64,000 bases of DNA from an uncultured Planctomycetia bacterium (lineage in GTDB: Bacteria > Omnitrophota > Gorgyraeia > 2-02-FULL-51-18). Shown here piece by piece: positions 8,666 through 19,297 of the stretch. The position numbers and the translations under genes are program-made. Location of the stretch: positions 5,763 to 69,762 of the forward strand of contig CAYODQ010000002.1 in assembly GCA_964402785.1 (NCBI GenBank), read 5' to 3'. The notes beneath the pieces were generated by a model. The model made no database searches. It was not told the DNA's origin and was given only the letters and a program-made list of their open reading frames with translations. How positions within the stretch are numbered: the first letter of the stretch is position 1; each line of letters starts with the position of its first letter.

Positions 8666-9657
8666 GCGGCACCTTTATACATGTGTAGAAGTGATTTTAC
8701 TTCTTTAAGGGTCTCTTGTGCAACAGAAGATGCTTTGGCTTTGCCTCTTTTAAGGATATCGTCCACCAACCCTTTTTCTTTTTCAAGCTTTTGTCTCAGC
8801 TCATAGATCGGCTTCATGTGATCGGCTAAGATCGCACCAAAATTCTTTTTGCAATCCGTGCAGCCTTTTTGAGCGCTCGTGCACCAATCATATACTTCTT
8901 TGACGACGGACTCCCCCGAAAATATCTTATAATACGAATACACATTGCAAATATCCGGATGTCCGGGGTCGCTGAGTTTGGCACGGCTAGGATCCGTGAT
9001 CATCGATTGGACTTTTTTCTGGACGTCGGTGCCCGGATCCGAAAGATAAATAGCGTTGCCGTAGCTTTTGGACATCTTTCTTTTATCGATGCCCAAAATA
9101 CGCGCCTCTTTTGTCAAAATGGCTTCGGGCTCAGGAAAAATATCTTTTTTATAAAAATGTTTAAAACGCCGCACGATCTCTCGCGTCAGCTCCAGATGAG
9201 CCAGTTGATCCTCGCCCACCGGCACATGACTGGCTTTATACAAAATAATATCTGCTGCCTGCAGAACGGGATATCCCAAAAATCCATACGTGGTCAGGTC
9301 GCGACCCGTGATCTCGCGAAGCTGTTCTTTATAAGTCGGGTTTCTTTCAAGCCAGCCCAGCGGAGTGAGCATACCCAAGATCAAGGCTAACTCAGCATGT
9401 TCGGGTATCTCGGATTGAACAAAAACAGCGCTTTTATCAGGATCGACGCCGCAAGCAAGCCAATCCAAGACCATGTTGTAGGAATATTCGCGAAGCTTGG
9501 CGGGATTTTCGTATTCCCCCATGAGCGCATGGAGGTCAGCGACCATAAAAAAACACTCGTGGGTTTCTTGCAGCTTGCGCCAGTTCTCCAAAGCTCCCAA
9601 CAGGTGACCTAAATGCAAAGGCCCTGTTGGCCGCATACCAGAAAGGATGCGGCCCAT
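8662..9657 (-). CDS. trpS: Tryptophan--tRNA ligase
   Basis: SGMRPTG.LHLGH, YPVLQAADI, KMSKS. Confidence 0.97.
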   Translation of the reverse strand: MGRILSGMRPTGPLHLGHLLGALENWRKLQETHECFFMVADLHALMGEYENPAKLREYSYNMVLDWLACGVDPDKSAVFVQSEIPEHAELALILGMLTPLGWLERNPTYKEQLREITGRDLTTYGFLGYPVLQAADIILYKASHVPVGEDQLAHLELTREIVRRFKHFYKKDIFPEPEAILTKEARILGIDKRKMSKSYGNAIYLSDPGTDVQKKVQSMITDPSRAKLSDPGHPDICNVYSYYKIFSGESVVKEVYDWCTSAQKGCTDCKKNFGAILADHMKPIYELRQKLEKEKGLVDDILKRGKAKASSVAQETLKEVKSLLHMYKGAA

Positions 9658-11997
9658 TTATTCGAGCTTCCTGGCCTTCTTTTGAATTTCGAATACTTCG
9701 ATACGATCCATGGCGATCAGATCGTCAAAATTGGAAACGCCGATACCGCATTCAAACCCCTCAAGTACTTCGCGGGCATCGTCTTTGAAACGCTTCAAAC
9801 TCTCGACCTTGCCTTCATGGATGCGCTGTCCATTGCGGATGACGCGGCATGAAAAATTACGAACGATCTTGCCTTTTTGGACACTGCAGCCCGCGATAGC
9901 GCCTACTTTGGAAACTTTGAACACTTGACGAACCTCGGCCACGCCCACGAACACTTCTTTTTCTTCGGGCATGAGCAAGCCTTCCATGGCCTTCTCGATC
10001 GCGGTCTTCACCTCATAAATGATCTGGTAGAAACGCACATCCACTTCTTCTTTTTCGGAGATCTCGCGCGCACTGCCTGTGATGCCGACATGAAACCCGA
10101 TCACTACAGCATTGGAAGCGGCGGCCAAAAGCACGTCGGACTCTGTGATATCACCGATACCGGTGTGAATGATATTCAAGCGGACATTTTTAGATTTGAT
10201 GGTGCCCAACGTATTTCTGAGTGCTTCCACCGAGCCCTGCACGTCTGATTTTACGATCAACTTCAGCTCTTCAACTTTACCGGCTTTGATATCCTCAAAT
10301 AAATGCTCGAGCGTGATATGTGAAACGCGTGCCATGCGATTTTCACGCAGAGCCACCTGTTTCTCTTCGATGATCTGACGTGCTTCGCGCTCGTCTTTCA
10401 CCACATAAAAACGATCTCCCGCCACAGGAACGGTTTCCAAACCCAAGATCTCAACGGGCATCGACGGCAACGCTTCTTTGATACGAGCGCCACGGTCATT
10501 GATCATGGCGCGCACTTTTCCATACTGAGATCCCACGATCGCAAAGTCTCCAACGCGAAGCGTGCCTTCTTGGACAAGAACCGTCGCCAAAACACCGCTA
10601 CCCTTCGACAGCTCTGCTTCAACGACCACACCGGTGGCCGGAATATTAGGATCCGCTTTTAATTCCAATAGATCAGACTCGAGGATCAAAAGTTCAAGAA
10701 GCTCATCAATGCCCTTGCCGGTTTTGGCTGACACACCCACCATCACGGTTTTGCCGCCCCATTCTTCAGGCATAAGCCCATGTTCCATCAAGCCTTTTTT
10801 GACACGCTCTGGCTGAGCGCCGGGAAGATCCATTTTGTTGATAGCCACGATAATAGGCACATTGGCGGCTTTGGCGTGATCAATAGCTTCTATGGTCTGC
10901 GGCATCACACCGTCATCAGCGGCCACAACCAATACCACCACATCGGTAGCTTGTGCGCCGCGTGCGCGCATTTGTGTAAAAGCTTCATGGCCCGGTGTAT
11001 CTAAAAATGTAACAGCTCCCTTGGGAAGAAAAACTTCATAAGCTCCAATGTGCTGAGTAATACCGCCCGCTTCGGAGGCCGCAACTTTTGTTTTCCGAAT
11101 AGCATCCAAAAGCGAGGTCTTGCCATGATCCACATGTCCCATAAATGTCACCACGGGAGCGCGTGTTACCATTTTGGATGTGTCTTTAAGCTCGGGACGT
11201 GAGGTTGCCTTTTCGGCAGCAACATCGGCAGCCTTTTCTATTTCATAACCGAACTCGATACCCACCTTCTGAGCCACATCAAAATTCACACTTTGATTGA
11301 TAGAAGCAAAGATCCCAAGCTTGATGAGCCTTGCGATCAGATCACTAGGCTTTGCATAAACTTTTTCGGACAATTCTTTAACGGTGATCGGTGTTTGGAT
11401 CTGAAGCTTCTTTGCCTTGGGCGGCTCCGCCGGTTGCACGGGAGCAGCGGCTATCGGAGCATCGCTTCCCATGGGCCTGAAAGGCTTGCGGACTTCTTGC
11501 ACCGGCTTTGCCTTGGGAGGCGGCGGAGGAACCATGGGCTTCCGGATCACGGGAGCGGAGTAACTGGTCGTATTCACAGGCTTCTTTTCAAAAGATGATG
11601 CTTGTTTCGGAGGAGCTGTCATCCGCTTCATAAGAAGCTCGCGCTTCGCACTTTCGATAGATGATAATGCCGAAGAACTCGAATTGGGCGACTTAAATGA
11701 CGTGTCTTGTTTTGCCGCTGGCTTGACTTCTTCTTTCTTCGCAGGCGCTTTCTCCGTTTTATCCGACTTTACGGTCTTCTCAGCCTTATCAGCAGGCTTC
11801 TCAATTTTTTCCGTTTTCTTAGCGGCGGGAGCAGGGGCGCTTTTCCCGGCAAGCGAGGCTTTGAGGCTTTTGACATCTTCGGCCGTCAAAACACTCATAT
11901 GGCTTGAAGCTGTGATCTTGAGCGCTTTTAGTTTGGCAACAACCTCTTTGGAGGTCAGCTTTAATTCTTTGGCGATCTCATGGACTCGAATACTCAT
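9658..11997 (-). CDS. infB: Translation initiation factor IF-2
   Basis: IF2-N (RVHEIAKEL), [25 protein letters not shown]-terminal ECGI. Confidence 0.98.
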   Translation of the reverse strand: MSIRVHEIAKELKLTSKEVVAKLKALKITASSHMSVLTAEDVKSLKASLAGKSAPAPAAKKTEKIEKPADKAEKTVKSDKTEKAPAKKEEVKPAAKQDTSFKSPNSSSSALSSIESAKRELLMKRMTAPPKQASSFEKKPVNTTSYSAPVIRKPMVPPPPPKAKPVQEVRKPFRPMGSDAPIAAAPVQPAEPPKAKKLQIQTPITVKELSEKVYAKPSDLIARLIKLGIFASINQSVNFDVAQKVGIEFGYEIEKAADVAAEKATSRPELKDTSKMVTRAPVVTFMGHVDHGKTSLLDAIRKTKVAASEAGGITQHIGAYEVFLPKGAVTFLDTPGHEAFTQMRARGAQATDVVVLVVAADDGVMPQTIEAIDHAKAANVPIIVAINKMDLPGAQPERVKKGLMEHGLMPEEWGGKTVMVGVSAKTGKGIDELLELLILESDLLELKADPNIPATGVVVEAELSKGSGVLATVLVQEGTLRVGDFAIVGSQYGKVRAMINDRGARIKEALPSMPVEILGLETVPVAGDRFYVVKDEREARQIIEEKQVALRENRMARVSHITLEHLFEDIKAGKVEELKLIVKSDVQGSVEALRNTLGTIKSKNVRLNIIHTGIGDITESDVLLAAASNAVVIGFHVGITGSAREISEKEEVDVRFYQIIYEVKTAIEKAMEGLLMPEEKEVFVGVAEVRQVFKVSKVGAIAGCSVQKGKIVRNFSCRVIRNGQRIHEGKVESLKRFKDDAREVLEGFECGIGVSNFDDLIAMDRIEVFEIQKKARKLE

Positions 11998-12003
11998 CAA
12001 TTC

Positions 12004-13224
12004 TTACTCTTTCTCGGTTTCTGCGCCGGATGCTGAAGCGTCACTGCGTCCCAACGCTGATAGAATTTTTTCCAATGTTTTGGCTCCCACACCCTTGACC
12101 GCTTTTAGATCTTCGAGAGGGGCGTTTTGCAGATCTTCGACGGTCTGATATCCGGCCGCGCGCAATGCTTCGGCGGTTTTGGGGCCCACACCTTCGAGAG
12201 ACTCCAAGGTTTGTCCTCCGGATACCCCGGTCTCAGCGTCACCTTCAGCAGAGCCCTCAGTGATATCATCCAACTTTTCTTTTGCGATGTCTTTTTTGGA
12301 ACGAATATCGATCGACCAGCCGGTGAGCTTTGAGGCCAGGCGCACATTCTGTCCATTCTTTCCAATGGCTAATGAAAGCTGATCATCCGCCACGACCACG
12401 CTAACTCTTTTTTCATCCTCACTCACAACGGTCACAGTGGCTACTTCGGCTGGGCTCAGAGCCGCTCGGATATACTCATCCACAGCATCGCTGTAGCGCA
12501 CGATATCGATCTTCTCACCCTGAAGCTCTTTAACCACACCTTTCACACGAGAGCCGCGAATACCCACACAAGCGCCCACGCAATCCACTTTGTCGTTTTT
12601 GGACCACACGGCGATCTTGGTACGATCCCCCGCCTCACGCGCCACAGAGCAGATCTCAACGGTGCCCTCGGCAACTTCCGGAACTTCCAACTCAAATAAA
12701 GCTTTCACAAAACCCGGATGACTGCGGGACAGAATGACCTGAGGCCCTTTGGCGGTTTTATTGACTTCAAGAATAAACGCATGGATAGAGTCGCCCTGGC
12801 GATAATTATCACGCGGCGACATCTCGCGCTTCGGAAGAACGCCTTCTGTTTTACCGAGATCAACCAAAAGTGAGCCTTTTTCAAAACGATACACGGTGCC
12901 GCTGGCGATCGAATCGGCCTTGGCATGAAATTCGTGAAACACCACATCCCGCTCCGCTTCACGGATCTTTTGAAAGATCACTTGCTTGGCTGTTTGCGCG
13001 GCAATGCGGCCAAATTCATGAGAGATGATCTCTTTTCCATCCGAAAAAATACCGATCTTGCCGGACATGGGATCGATACGAACCTGCACATCCTTATCCT
13101 TGTCATGTAATACTTTCTTGGCCGCAGACACAAGCGCTGCCTCCACCGATTCAAGGAGTACTTGTCGGCTGATGCCTTTTTCACGTTCAATATTTTCGAG
13201 TACGGCTAAAAATTCAGCGTTCAT
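12004..13224 (-). CDS. nusA: Transcription factor NusA with a C-terminal HhH extension
   Basis: FGRIAAQTAKQVI, S1/KH domains, AIGKNGQNVRLA; tail contains GVGPKTA and GVGAKT. Confidence 0.97.
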   Translation of the reverse strand: MNAEFLAVLENIEREKGISRQVLLESVEAALVSAAKKVLHDKDKDVQVRIDPMSGKIGIFSDGKEIISHEFGRIAAQTAKQVIFQKIREAERDVVFHEFHAKADSIASGTVYRFEKGSLLVDLGKTEGVLPKREMSPRDNYRQGDSIHAFILEVNKTAKGPQVILSRSHPGFVKALFELEVPEVAEGTVEICSVAREAGDRTKIAVWSKNDKVDCVGACVGIRGSRVKGVVKELQGEKIDIVRYSDAVDEYIRAALSPAEVATVTVVSEDEKRVSVVVADDQLSLAIGKNGQNVRLASKLTGWSIDIRSKKDIAKEKLDDITEGSAEGDAETGVSGGQTLESLEGVGPKTAEALRAAGYQTVEDLQNAPLEDLKAVKGVGAKTLEKILSALGRSDASASGAETEKE

Positions 13225-13227
13225 ACG

Positions 13228-13707
13228 TCACAGATCCCTTATTGCTTTAACGATCTCATTCCAACGGAAAGATAATTTCTTTCCTTTTTTTTCCACCAAC
13301 TCCACGCCTTCCGGGCTCACTGACTCAAGGCGTGCCTCCCAAAACTGGCTGCGGCCCTCTGCGTCCGTCGTCCAAAGACGGACTTTCTCGCCCTTGGCGC
13401 GGTTAAATTCTTTTTCCGTTTTCATCGGCCTATCCAGGCCCGGGCTATTTACTTCTAAAGAATAAGGCGACCCAAAAAAACTTTGGGGCTGAGCTGCCTC
13501 ATATCTATCAAAAAGCTCACTCAATTTGCGGTTAACTTGGACGCATTGATCCAAAGTAATACCCCCCGCCTTATCCACCAAAAATGTCAAAAAACTTCTC
13601 GACCCTGACCGCCGATACTGGAGCTCGACAAGCTCAGCGCCCAACGACGCGATCTCGGCTTCAATCTCCGGCATTTGCCGTTCTAATTCAATGGGCAGCG
13701 GCGTCAT
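13228..13707 (-). CDS. rimP: Ribosome maturation factor RimP
   Basis: GGITLDQC and YSLEVNSPGLDRP; lies directly before nusA. Confidence 0.93.
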   Translation of the reverse strand: MTPLPIELERQMPEIEAEIASLGAELVELQYRRSGSRSFLTFLVDKAGGITLDQCVQVNRKLSELFDRYEAAQPQSFFGSPYSLEVNSPGLDRPMKTEKEFNRAKGEKVRLWTTDAEGRSQFWEARLESVSPEGVELVEKKGKKLSFRWNEIVKAIRDL

Positions 13708-13775
13708 ATTTCAATAGTCTATAAATGAGAATTCCGCCAAAAAGCTCGGCGGATTCGTCCTCGTTTCATTCGGCG

Positions 13776-13802
13776 AAAAAAAAAGTGGGCATTCACCCAC
13801 TT
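13776..13802 (-). terminator. rimP-leader-type intrinsic terminator/attenuator
   Basis: Minus strand AAGTGGG-TGAATG-CCCACTT followed by a T run (9 T in total), between the promoter and rimP. Confidence 0.8.
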
Positions 13803-13830
13803 CGTGTTAAACCTTCAATTAAGTAGCTTA

Positions 13831-13859
13831 AGAGTACCAAAATTAGGCTAAATTGTCAA
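13831..13859 (-). promoter_or_regulatory. Sigma70 promoter of the rimP-nusA-infB operon
   Basis: TTGACA (13859-13854), 17-nt spacer ending in TGg, TACTCT (13836-13831); overlaps the proS stop. Confidence 0.75.
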
Positions 13860-15567
13860 TAATCCTGAGTATTTCTGACGGAGCTTTATCCACATCTACC
13901 AACAGCGCTTCGCCTGTTTTTCTGATCTTGATCTCAACCTTACCATTCTTCAGGTTTTTGGGGCCCAGTATCACACGAACCGGCAAACCCAGGAGATCCG
14001 CATCATTGAATTTCACACCGGCAGACTCTGCTCGATCGTCCACCAACATATCCACGCCCGCTTTTTCCAGTGCCGGATCCTGGGCAATATTCTTACAGAT
14101 CTCCAGGCTTTGGGGATCCTTAACATCGATCAATACAACATGTACTTGATAAGGGCTGATATTTTTTGGCCAAACGATACCCTTATCGTCACCATATTGC
14201 TCGATGGCAGCCGCCAATATACGATTGACCCCGATGCCGTAACAACCCATGATCACCGGGTTTTCTTTCCCGGCTGCGTCCAAATAATGCGCTTTCATGG
14301 GTTTTGAATAACGAAGATTGAGCTTAAAAATATGCCCCAGCTCGATCGCCGTTTTAAAATGAAGCGCTTCGCCTTGAGGCGACAGATCACCTTCGGCCAC
14401 TTGTCTGAAATCGCCCACCGTGATCGACTCACCTTTAATGTCACCCAAATTTACGTCGATCATGTGAGTATCATGCTTGTTGGCACCCGTAATAAAATTC
14501 GTCATAGTCAGAACATCTTCGTCGATGTAAATTTTGAGCTTCGCGCCAAATGGGCCGCAAAAACCAAAAGAAAAACCTAATTTTTCGATCGCATCTCGCG
14601 AAGCCATAAAACAACCCGGCTCCGATTTTTTGAGTTTGTATTCGCTCACTTCATGATCTCCGCGAACCAACACCTCAAAAAAAGTACCGTCTGGCCGTTG
14701 ATAGATCATGGTCTTCACCAGATCTTTGGGTTGTTTTTTAAGAAAACGCGCTACGCTCTCAACGCTGCTTTGACCCGGAGTGCTGACCGAAGTTGCTTTG
14801 CCAGATGCGGCGGATGAAGGAAACGTAAGCCCTTTTAATTGACGAGACGCCATCTCAACGCTCATCACCGTATCCGAATCACCGAGCTGAACCATCCTGT
14901 CTTCCCCGGCATCCGAAAATAGCACAAACTCTTGAGAACCCGAGCCGCCCATCGCACCGGGATCCGCCTGCACAATAAAAAACTGAAGCCCGCAACGTGT
15001 AAATATTTGCTTGTACGCTTCTTTCATAGCTTGATAGGTTTCATCCAGGCTTTGATCGGAGGTGTGAAAACTGTAAGCATCTTTCATAATAAATTCGCGG
15101 CTACGGATGACGCCCGATCGAGGACGCATCTCATCGCGGAACTTAGTTTGGATCTGATACCAGGTGGCCGGCAGCTGCTTGTAAGAATGGATCTCTCTTC
15201 TGGCAAGATCCGTGATGATCTCTTCATGTGTGGGACCCAAGACATTTTCTTTGCCGTGGCGGTCTTTGAAATGGATCATGTCTTCACCCATGATGTCAAA
15301 GCGCCCCGTCTCTTTCCAAAGCTCCGCCGGATGAAGTGCCGGCAACAATAACTCCAAAGCACCCGCCTTATCCATTTCATCGCGGACAATGCCCTCGGCT
15401 TTTTTAAGCGCCCTCAAACCCAGAGGTAAATACGAATAGGTTCCGCTTGCCAGCTTACGCGTAAGCCCAGCGCGCAGCATGAGGCGATGACTTTTGATCT
15501 GCGCCTCTTGCGGATTTTCTTTAAGTGTGGGGATCAGCGACTGCGACCAAAAAGCGATACGTTTCAT
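13843..15567 (-). CDS. proS: Proline--tRNA ligase (bacterial type with editing insertion)
   Basis: LGPTHEE, KFRDEMRPR, REFIMKDAYSF, IELGHIFKL, MGCYGIGV.R. Confidence 0.97.
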   Translation of the reverse strand: MKRIAFWSQSLIPTLKENPQEAQIKSHRLMLRAGLTRKLASGTYSYLPLGLRALKKAEGIVRDEMDKAGALELLLPALHPAELWKETGRFDIMGEDMIHFKDRHGKENVLGPTHEEIITDLARREIHSYKQLPATWYQIQTKFRDEMRPRSGVIRSREFIMKDAYSFHTSDQSLDETYQAMKEAYKQIFTRCGLQFFIVQADPGAMGGSGSQEFVLFSDAGEDRMVQLGDSDTVMSVEMASRQLKGLTFPSSAASGKATSVSTPGQSSVESVARFLKKQPKDLVKTMIYQRPDGTFFEVLVRGDHEVSEYKLKKSEPGCFMASRDAIEKLGFSFGFCGPFGAKLKIYIDEDVLTMTNFITGANKHDTHMIDVNLGDIKGESITVGDFRQVAEGDLSPQGEALHFKTAIELGHIFKLNLRYSKPMKAHYLDAAGKENPVIMGCYGIGVNRILAAAIEQYGDDKGIVWPKNISPYQVHVVLIDVKDPQSLEICKNIAQDPALEKAGVDMLVDDRAESAGVKFNDADLLGLPVRVILGPKNLKNGKVEIKIRKTGEALLVDVDKAPSEILRIIDNLA

Positions 15568-16643
15568 TTTTTGAATAATCCTATGATGTTTTCAATGATA
15601 GAGAAGCGTTGAACATCCTGCAGGATCACAAATGCCATCAGCCCCAAAAGTGCGATCATACCACCCTGCGTCATACGCTCTTTGACCGAGTCTTTGAGCG
15701 GAGAGCCTTTTAATTTCTCGATCAAGATAAAAAGCACATGGCCGCCATCCAGAACCGGTATCGGCAGCAAATTGAGCACAAACAAACTCACGCTCAAAGA
15801 ACCCATAAAATACAAAAGATAAGCGATCCCCATTTGAGCCGCTTGCTGCGTCATAAAAAATATGCCGATGGGCCCTGTCATAGAATCTTTGAACGGCATG
15901 GCCCCGGTGATCATGAGCCCAAGCGACATGAACACAAGCGCCGTCATTGACCAGAGCCGATCAAAAGCCAAGATCAACGCCTGTCCAAATGAGCTTTTGA
16001 CAGCGACCATCTCGCTCGAAGGCGCTATGCCCACGAATGATATTTTATGTTTCTTTCCAAAAAAACCGGGCGACTCTTTGATCCTGGGAGCGACGACGAG
16101 AGTTTGCTCGGCGCCAGCGCGATCGATCACAAACTCGATCTTCTCCTCACCTTTATGCACTTGCTTCAGGACATCTTCCCAATAAGTGACCGGCTCATTA
16201 TTTACACGCAGGATCTTATCGCCTTCCACAAAACCAGCTTGAGCGGCGGGCGCATCGGCAAGCACTTTTCCCACTTTGGCTAGAAGCGTCGGCTGGCCTG
16301 TTAAGAAAATAATGAAAAAAAGGACGAATGCCAAAAACGCATTCATGATAGGCCCTGCCATCACAACCGCTAATTTTTGTCCGAGGCTTTTGGATTGAAA
16401 CTCCCAGGACTCACCTTTGGCTTCTTCGGGGCTCTCGCCTGCCATTTTGACAAAACCGCCCAGCGGGAGCAAAGACACACAAAAATCGGTCTCGCCGAAT
16501 TTATGGCCAAATATCTTAGGTCCAAACCCGATCGAAAACTTTTCAACACGAATACCCACCATGCGCGCCACTATAAAATGACCGTATTCGTGCACGATGA
16601 CCAGAACACCCAGCACCAAAATGAACATCAAAGCACTTTGCAT
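15564..16643 (-). CDS. rseP: RIP metalloprotease RseP (M50, one PDZ domain)
   Basis: HEYGH and NLLPIPVLDGGH; ATG at 16643 after an SD. Confidence 0.95.
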   Translation of the reverse strand: MQSALMFILVLGVLVIVHEYGHFIVARMVGIRVEKFSIGFGPKIFGHKFGETDFCVSLLPLGGFVKMAGESPEEAKGESWEFQSKSLGQKLAVVMAGPIMNAFLAFVLFFIIFLTGQPTLLAKVGKVLADAPAAQAGFVEGDKILRVNNEPVTYWEDVLKQVHKGEEKIEFVIDRAGAEQTLVVAPRIKESPGFFGKKHKISFVGIAPSSEMVAVKSSFGQALILAFDRLWSMTALVFMSLGLMITGAMPFKDSMTGPIGIFFMTQQAAQMGIAYLLYFMGSLSVSLFVLNLLPIPVLDGGHVLFILIEKLKGSPLKDSVKERMTQGGMIALLGLMAFVILQDVQRFSIIENIIGLFKK

Positions 16644-17788
16644 AGTTTCCTCGTCTCCTCCAACGCCCAAGCGTGCACTTCTTGTATATCCCTAAGATCG
16701 GGGTCGGCGATATGCCGATGATGCGCCATTACATTTTCAATGATTCTTGGGATTTGTACAAATGTAATTTTATCGTCCAAATAGGCCGATACCGCCACCT
16801 CATCTGCTGCCGATAAAACACAAGGCGCGCTGCCGGATTGCCTCGCGGCCTCGTAAGCTAGCCCGAGACAAGGAAATTTGGCCTTGTCCGGCGAGCTAAA
16901 ATGCAGCGAGCCGATCTGCGCCAGATCAAGCTTAAGCTCGGAAGGAACTTCGAGCCGCTTCGGGTATGAAAGCGCATATTGAATGGGCAGCTTCATATCA
17001 GTGACACCTAGCTGGGCAATGGTCGAGCCATCTTTGAACGACACCATTGAATGCACGATCGCTTCCGGATGCACCAAAACTTCGATACGATTGATAGGAA
17101 CATCGAACAACGAAGCTGCTTCGATGATCTCAAGGCCTTTATTCATCATGGTCGCCGAATCCACGGATATCTTCTTGCCCATACGCCAACGAGGATGATT
17201 GATCACGAATTCCTTGGTGAGAGTTTTGAATTGGCTAGCTGCGATATCCTTCAGCGGCCCACCTGAACTTGTAAGGATCAGTTTATCCACCGACGGAAGA
17301 TCTTGCCCTTGCAAACACTGAAAGATCGCCGAATGCTCGCTGTCGACCGGAACCAGGCATGCTTTTTTGTGGCAGCGAAGTGTATTGATCAATAACACCC
17401 CGGCCATGACCAAGATCTCTTTATTCGCCACCGCGATCTTCTTGCCTGCGCGGATGGCAGACAAAACCGCGGGCAAAGACGAAGTCCCTGTGGCGGCAGC
17501 CATAAGAATATCGGCGTCTAAATAACGAACGAATGCTTCCACGCCTTCTTTGTGTGTAAATAGTTTGATATTTTTGGGCAAACGTTTAGCGATCGACGAT
17601 GATGCTTGCGGGTCATCGAGATAAATAGCTTTGGGTTTAAACTCGAGTGCCTGCTGCAATATTTCATCGGCTTTGGATCCAGCTGCCAAGCCCGCGATCT
17701 TAAAAAATTTATCCTGCTGACGCACCACAGCCAGCGTATTACGCCCAACGGAGCCAGTGGATCCTAAAACGGTGACGGTTTGTTTCAC
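16628..17788 (-). CDS. dxr: 1-deoxy-D-xylulose-5-phosphate reductoisomerase
   Basis: LGSTGSVG, ANKE, PVDSEHSAIFQ, HPRWRMG.KISVDSATMMNKGLE. Confidence 0.97.
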   Translation of the reverse strand: MKQTVTVLGSTGSVGRNTLAVVRQQDKFFKIAGLAAGSKADEILQQALEFKPKAIYLDDPQASSSIAKRLPKNIKLFTHKEGVEAFVRYLDADILMAAATGTSSLPAVLSAIRAGKKIAVANKEILVMAGVLLINTLRCHKKACLVPVDSEHSAIFQCLQGQDLPSVDKLILTSSGGPLKDIAASQFKTLTKEFVINHPRWRMGKKISVDSATMMNKGLEIIEAASLFDVPINRIEVLVHPEAIVHSMVSFKDGSTIAQLGVTDMKLPIQYALSYPKRLEVPSELKLDLAQIGSLHFSSPDKAKFPCLGLAYEAARQSGSAPCVLSAADEVAVSAYLDDKITFVQIPRIIENVMAHHRHIADPDLRDIQEVHAWALEETRKLCKVL

Positions 17789-18597
17789 GACAAATTCATC
17801 CCCACTAAATGAAAATAAAAAATGGGCACCGTGAACAAAACGCTATCCACCGCATCCAATACGCCACCCATGCCCGGCAGCGACTTACCAGAATCCTTTG
17901 TCTGACAAAAACGCTTCATCAGCGACTCCGACAGATCACCGATCTGGCCTACGATACCGATCAAGACACCCAAGATGATCAAGTGCGGCAAACTCCAGTG
18001 TTTGGGCAAATACGGCTGCATCAAACAAGAAACAACTACGCTTAAAAACAATCCACCAAACAAACCTTCGACCGACTTTTTGGGAGACACATGCGGGATC
18101 AGAGTGTGCTTTCCAAAAAGAGACCCGATGCAATAGGCGCCCACATCCCCCGCTTTCGTCACCGCTAAGATATAAGCAACCCAATAGACGCCCTCGTATA
18201 AAAATCGAAGCTTGATCAAAAAACTCAAGAACCAGCTGACATACAAGATCCCAAATAATGTCAAAGCAATACCCACGAGCGCTTCGGAATTATTCTTGCG
18301 GGTGAATTGTAGAACGAAAAGAAAAAGACACCCAAGGATTAGAAAAAGAACTTCCCCCGAGCGAGTCGATCCTTGCTCTAAATAAACAACAGCCGGTATG
18401 ATGGCTGCCATCGCCACACCAAACAGACGATAACAAGGCACCTTCGCCTCACGCAACAGCGTAAAAAATTCGAACTGCGCCAGTGCCACAAAAATGGCGG
18501 TCAGCACCGCGAACCAAAAATAATTGGACCAAAAAAGCACGAACGCGATCAGCGAGATCAAAAATGTGCTGGTCATCAATCGTTTAGCTAGCGGCAT
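17785..18597 (-). CDS. cdsA: Phosphatidate cytidylyltransferase
   Basis: Hydrophobic protein; SPKKSVEG, GDLSES..KR, KDSG..LPG.GGVLD. Confidence 0.94.
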   Translation of the reverse strand: MPLAKRLMTSTFLISLIAFVLFWSNYFWFAVLTAIFVALAQFEFFTLLREAKVPCYRLFGVAMAAIIPAVVYLEQGSTRSGEVLFLILGCLFLFVLQFTRKNNSEALVGIALTLFGILYVSWFLSFLIKLRFLYEGVYWVAYILAVTKAGDVGAYCIGSLFGKHTLIPHVSPKKSVEGLFGGLFLSVVVSCLMQPYLPKHWSLPHLIILGVLIGIVGQIGDLSESLMKRFCQTKDSGKSLPGMGGVLDAVDSVLFTVPIFYFHLVGMNLS

Positions 18598-19297
18598 GGA
18601 TATCCCCAAAACGCCTCTCTCGTTTTTGATACTCCCTCAAAGCTTTCAGATAATCATCGCGTGAAAAATCAGGCCAGTATTTTCTGGTGATATAAAACTC
18701 GGCATAAGAAAGCTGCCATAGCAGGAAATTGGACAAACGCATCTCGCCGCTGGTGCGGATCAAAAGATCCGGATCTGGAAGGCCGCGTGTATAAAGGTGG
18801 TCTGAAAAATAGGCTTCATTGAGGAGGCCATCGGCTGGAGCCTCCTCCAAGATCTCTCGAACAGCATCCAATATCTCCGTGCGCGCGCCATAGTTGAGCG
18901 CGATATTAAGGATAAGCGTACGATTTTTCTTGGTCTTCTCGACGGTTTCTTTTAATTTTTTTTGAACAGATGAGGGAAGCATCTCGGTGCGCCCTATCGT
19001 TCGGAATTGAACACCTTGCTTGACGAGATTTTTAAGTTCTTTATCCAAGAAAAAGTCCAGCAGCCTCATGAGCACCGTCACCTCTTCTTGGGGTCGCTTC
19101 CAATTTTCTTGGCTAAAGGCATAAAGAGTGAGCACCGGGATGCCGAAATCAATGGAAGCTTTGACGATCTCCCGAACGCTTTTAACTCCCGCGCGATGAC
19201 CTGCCACACGCGGCAAACCACGCTCTTTGGCCCATCGGCCATTGCCGTCCATGATCACGGCGACATGCTTGGGAAAATTAGCGTACTCTTCGGGCAC
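18584..19297 (-). CDS. uppS: Undecaprenyl diphosphate synthase
   Basis: HVAVIMDGNGRWA, FSQENW.R, RTSGEMRLSNFLLWQ. Confidence 0.97.
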   Translation of the reverse strand: MPEEYANFPKHVAVIMDGNGRWAKERGLPRVAGHRAGVKSVREIVKASIDFGIPVLTLYAFSQENWKRPQEEVTVLMRLLDFFLDKELKNLVKQGVQFRTIGRTEMLPSSVQKKLKETVEKTKKNRTLILNIALNYGARTEILDAVREILEEAPADGLLNEAYFSDHLYTRGLPDPDLLIRTSGEMRLSNFLLWQLSYAEFYITRKYWPDFSRDDYLKALREYQKRERRFGDIHAAS

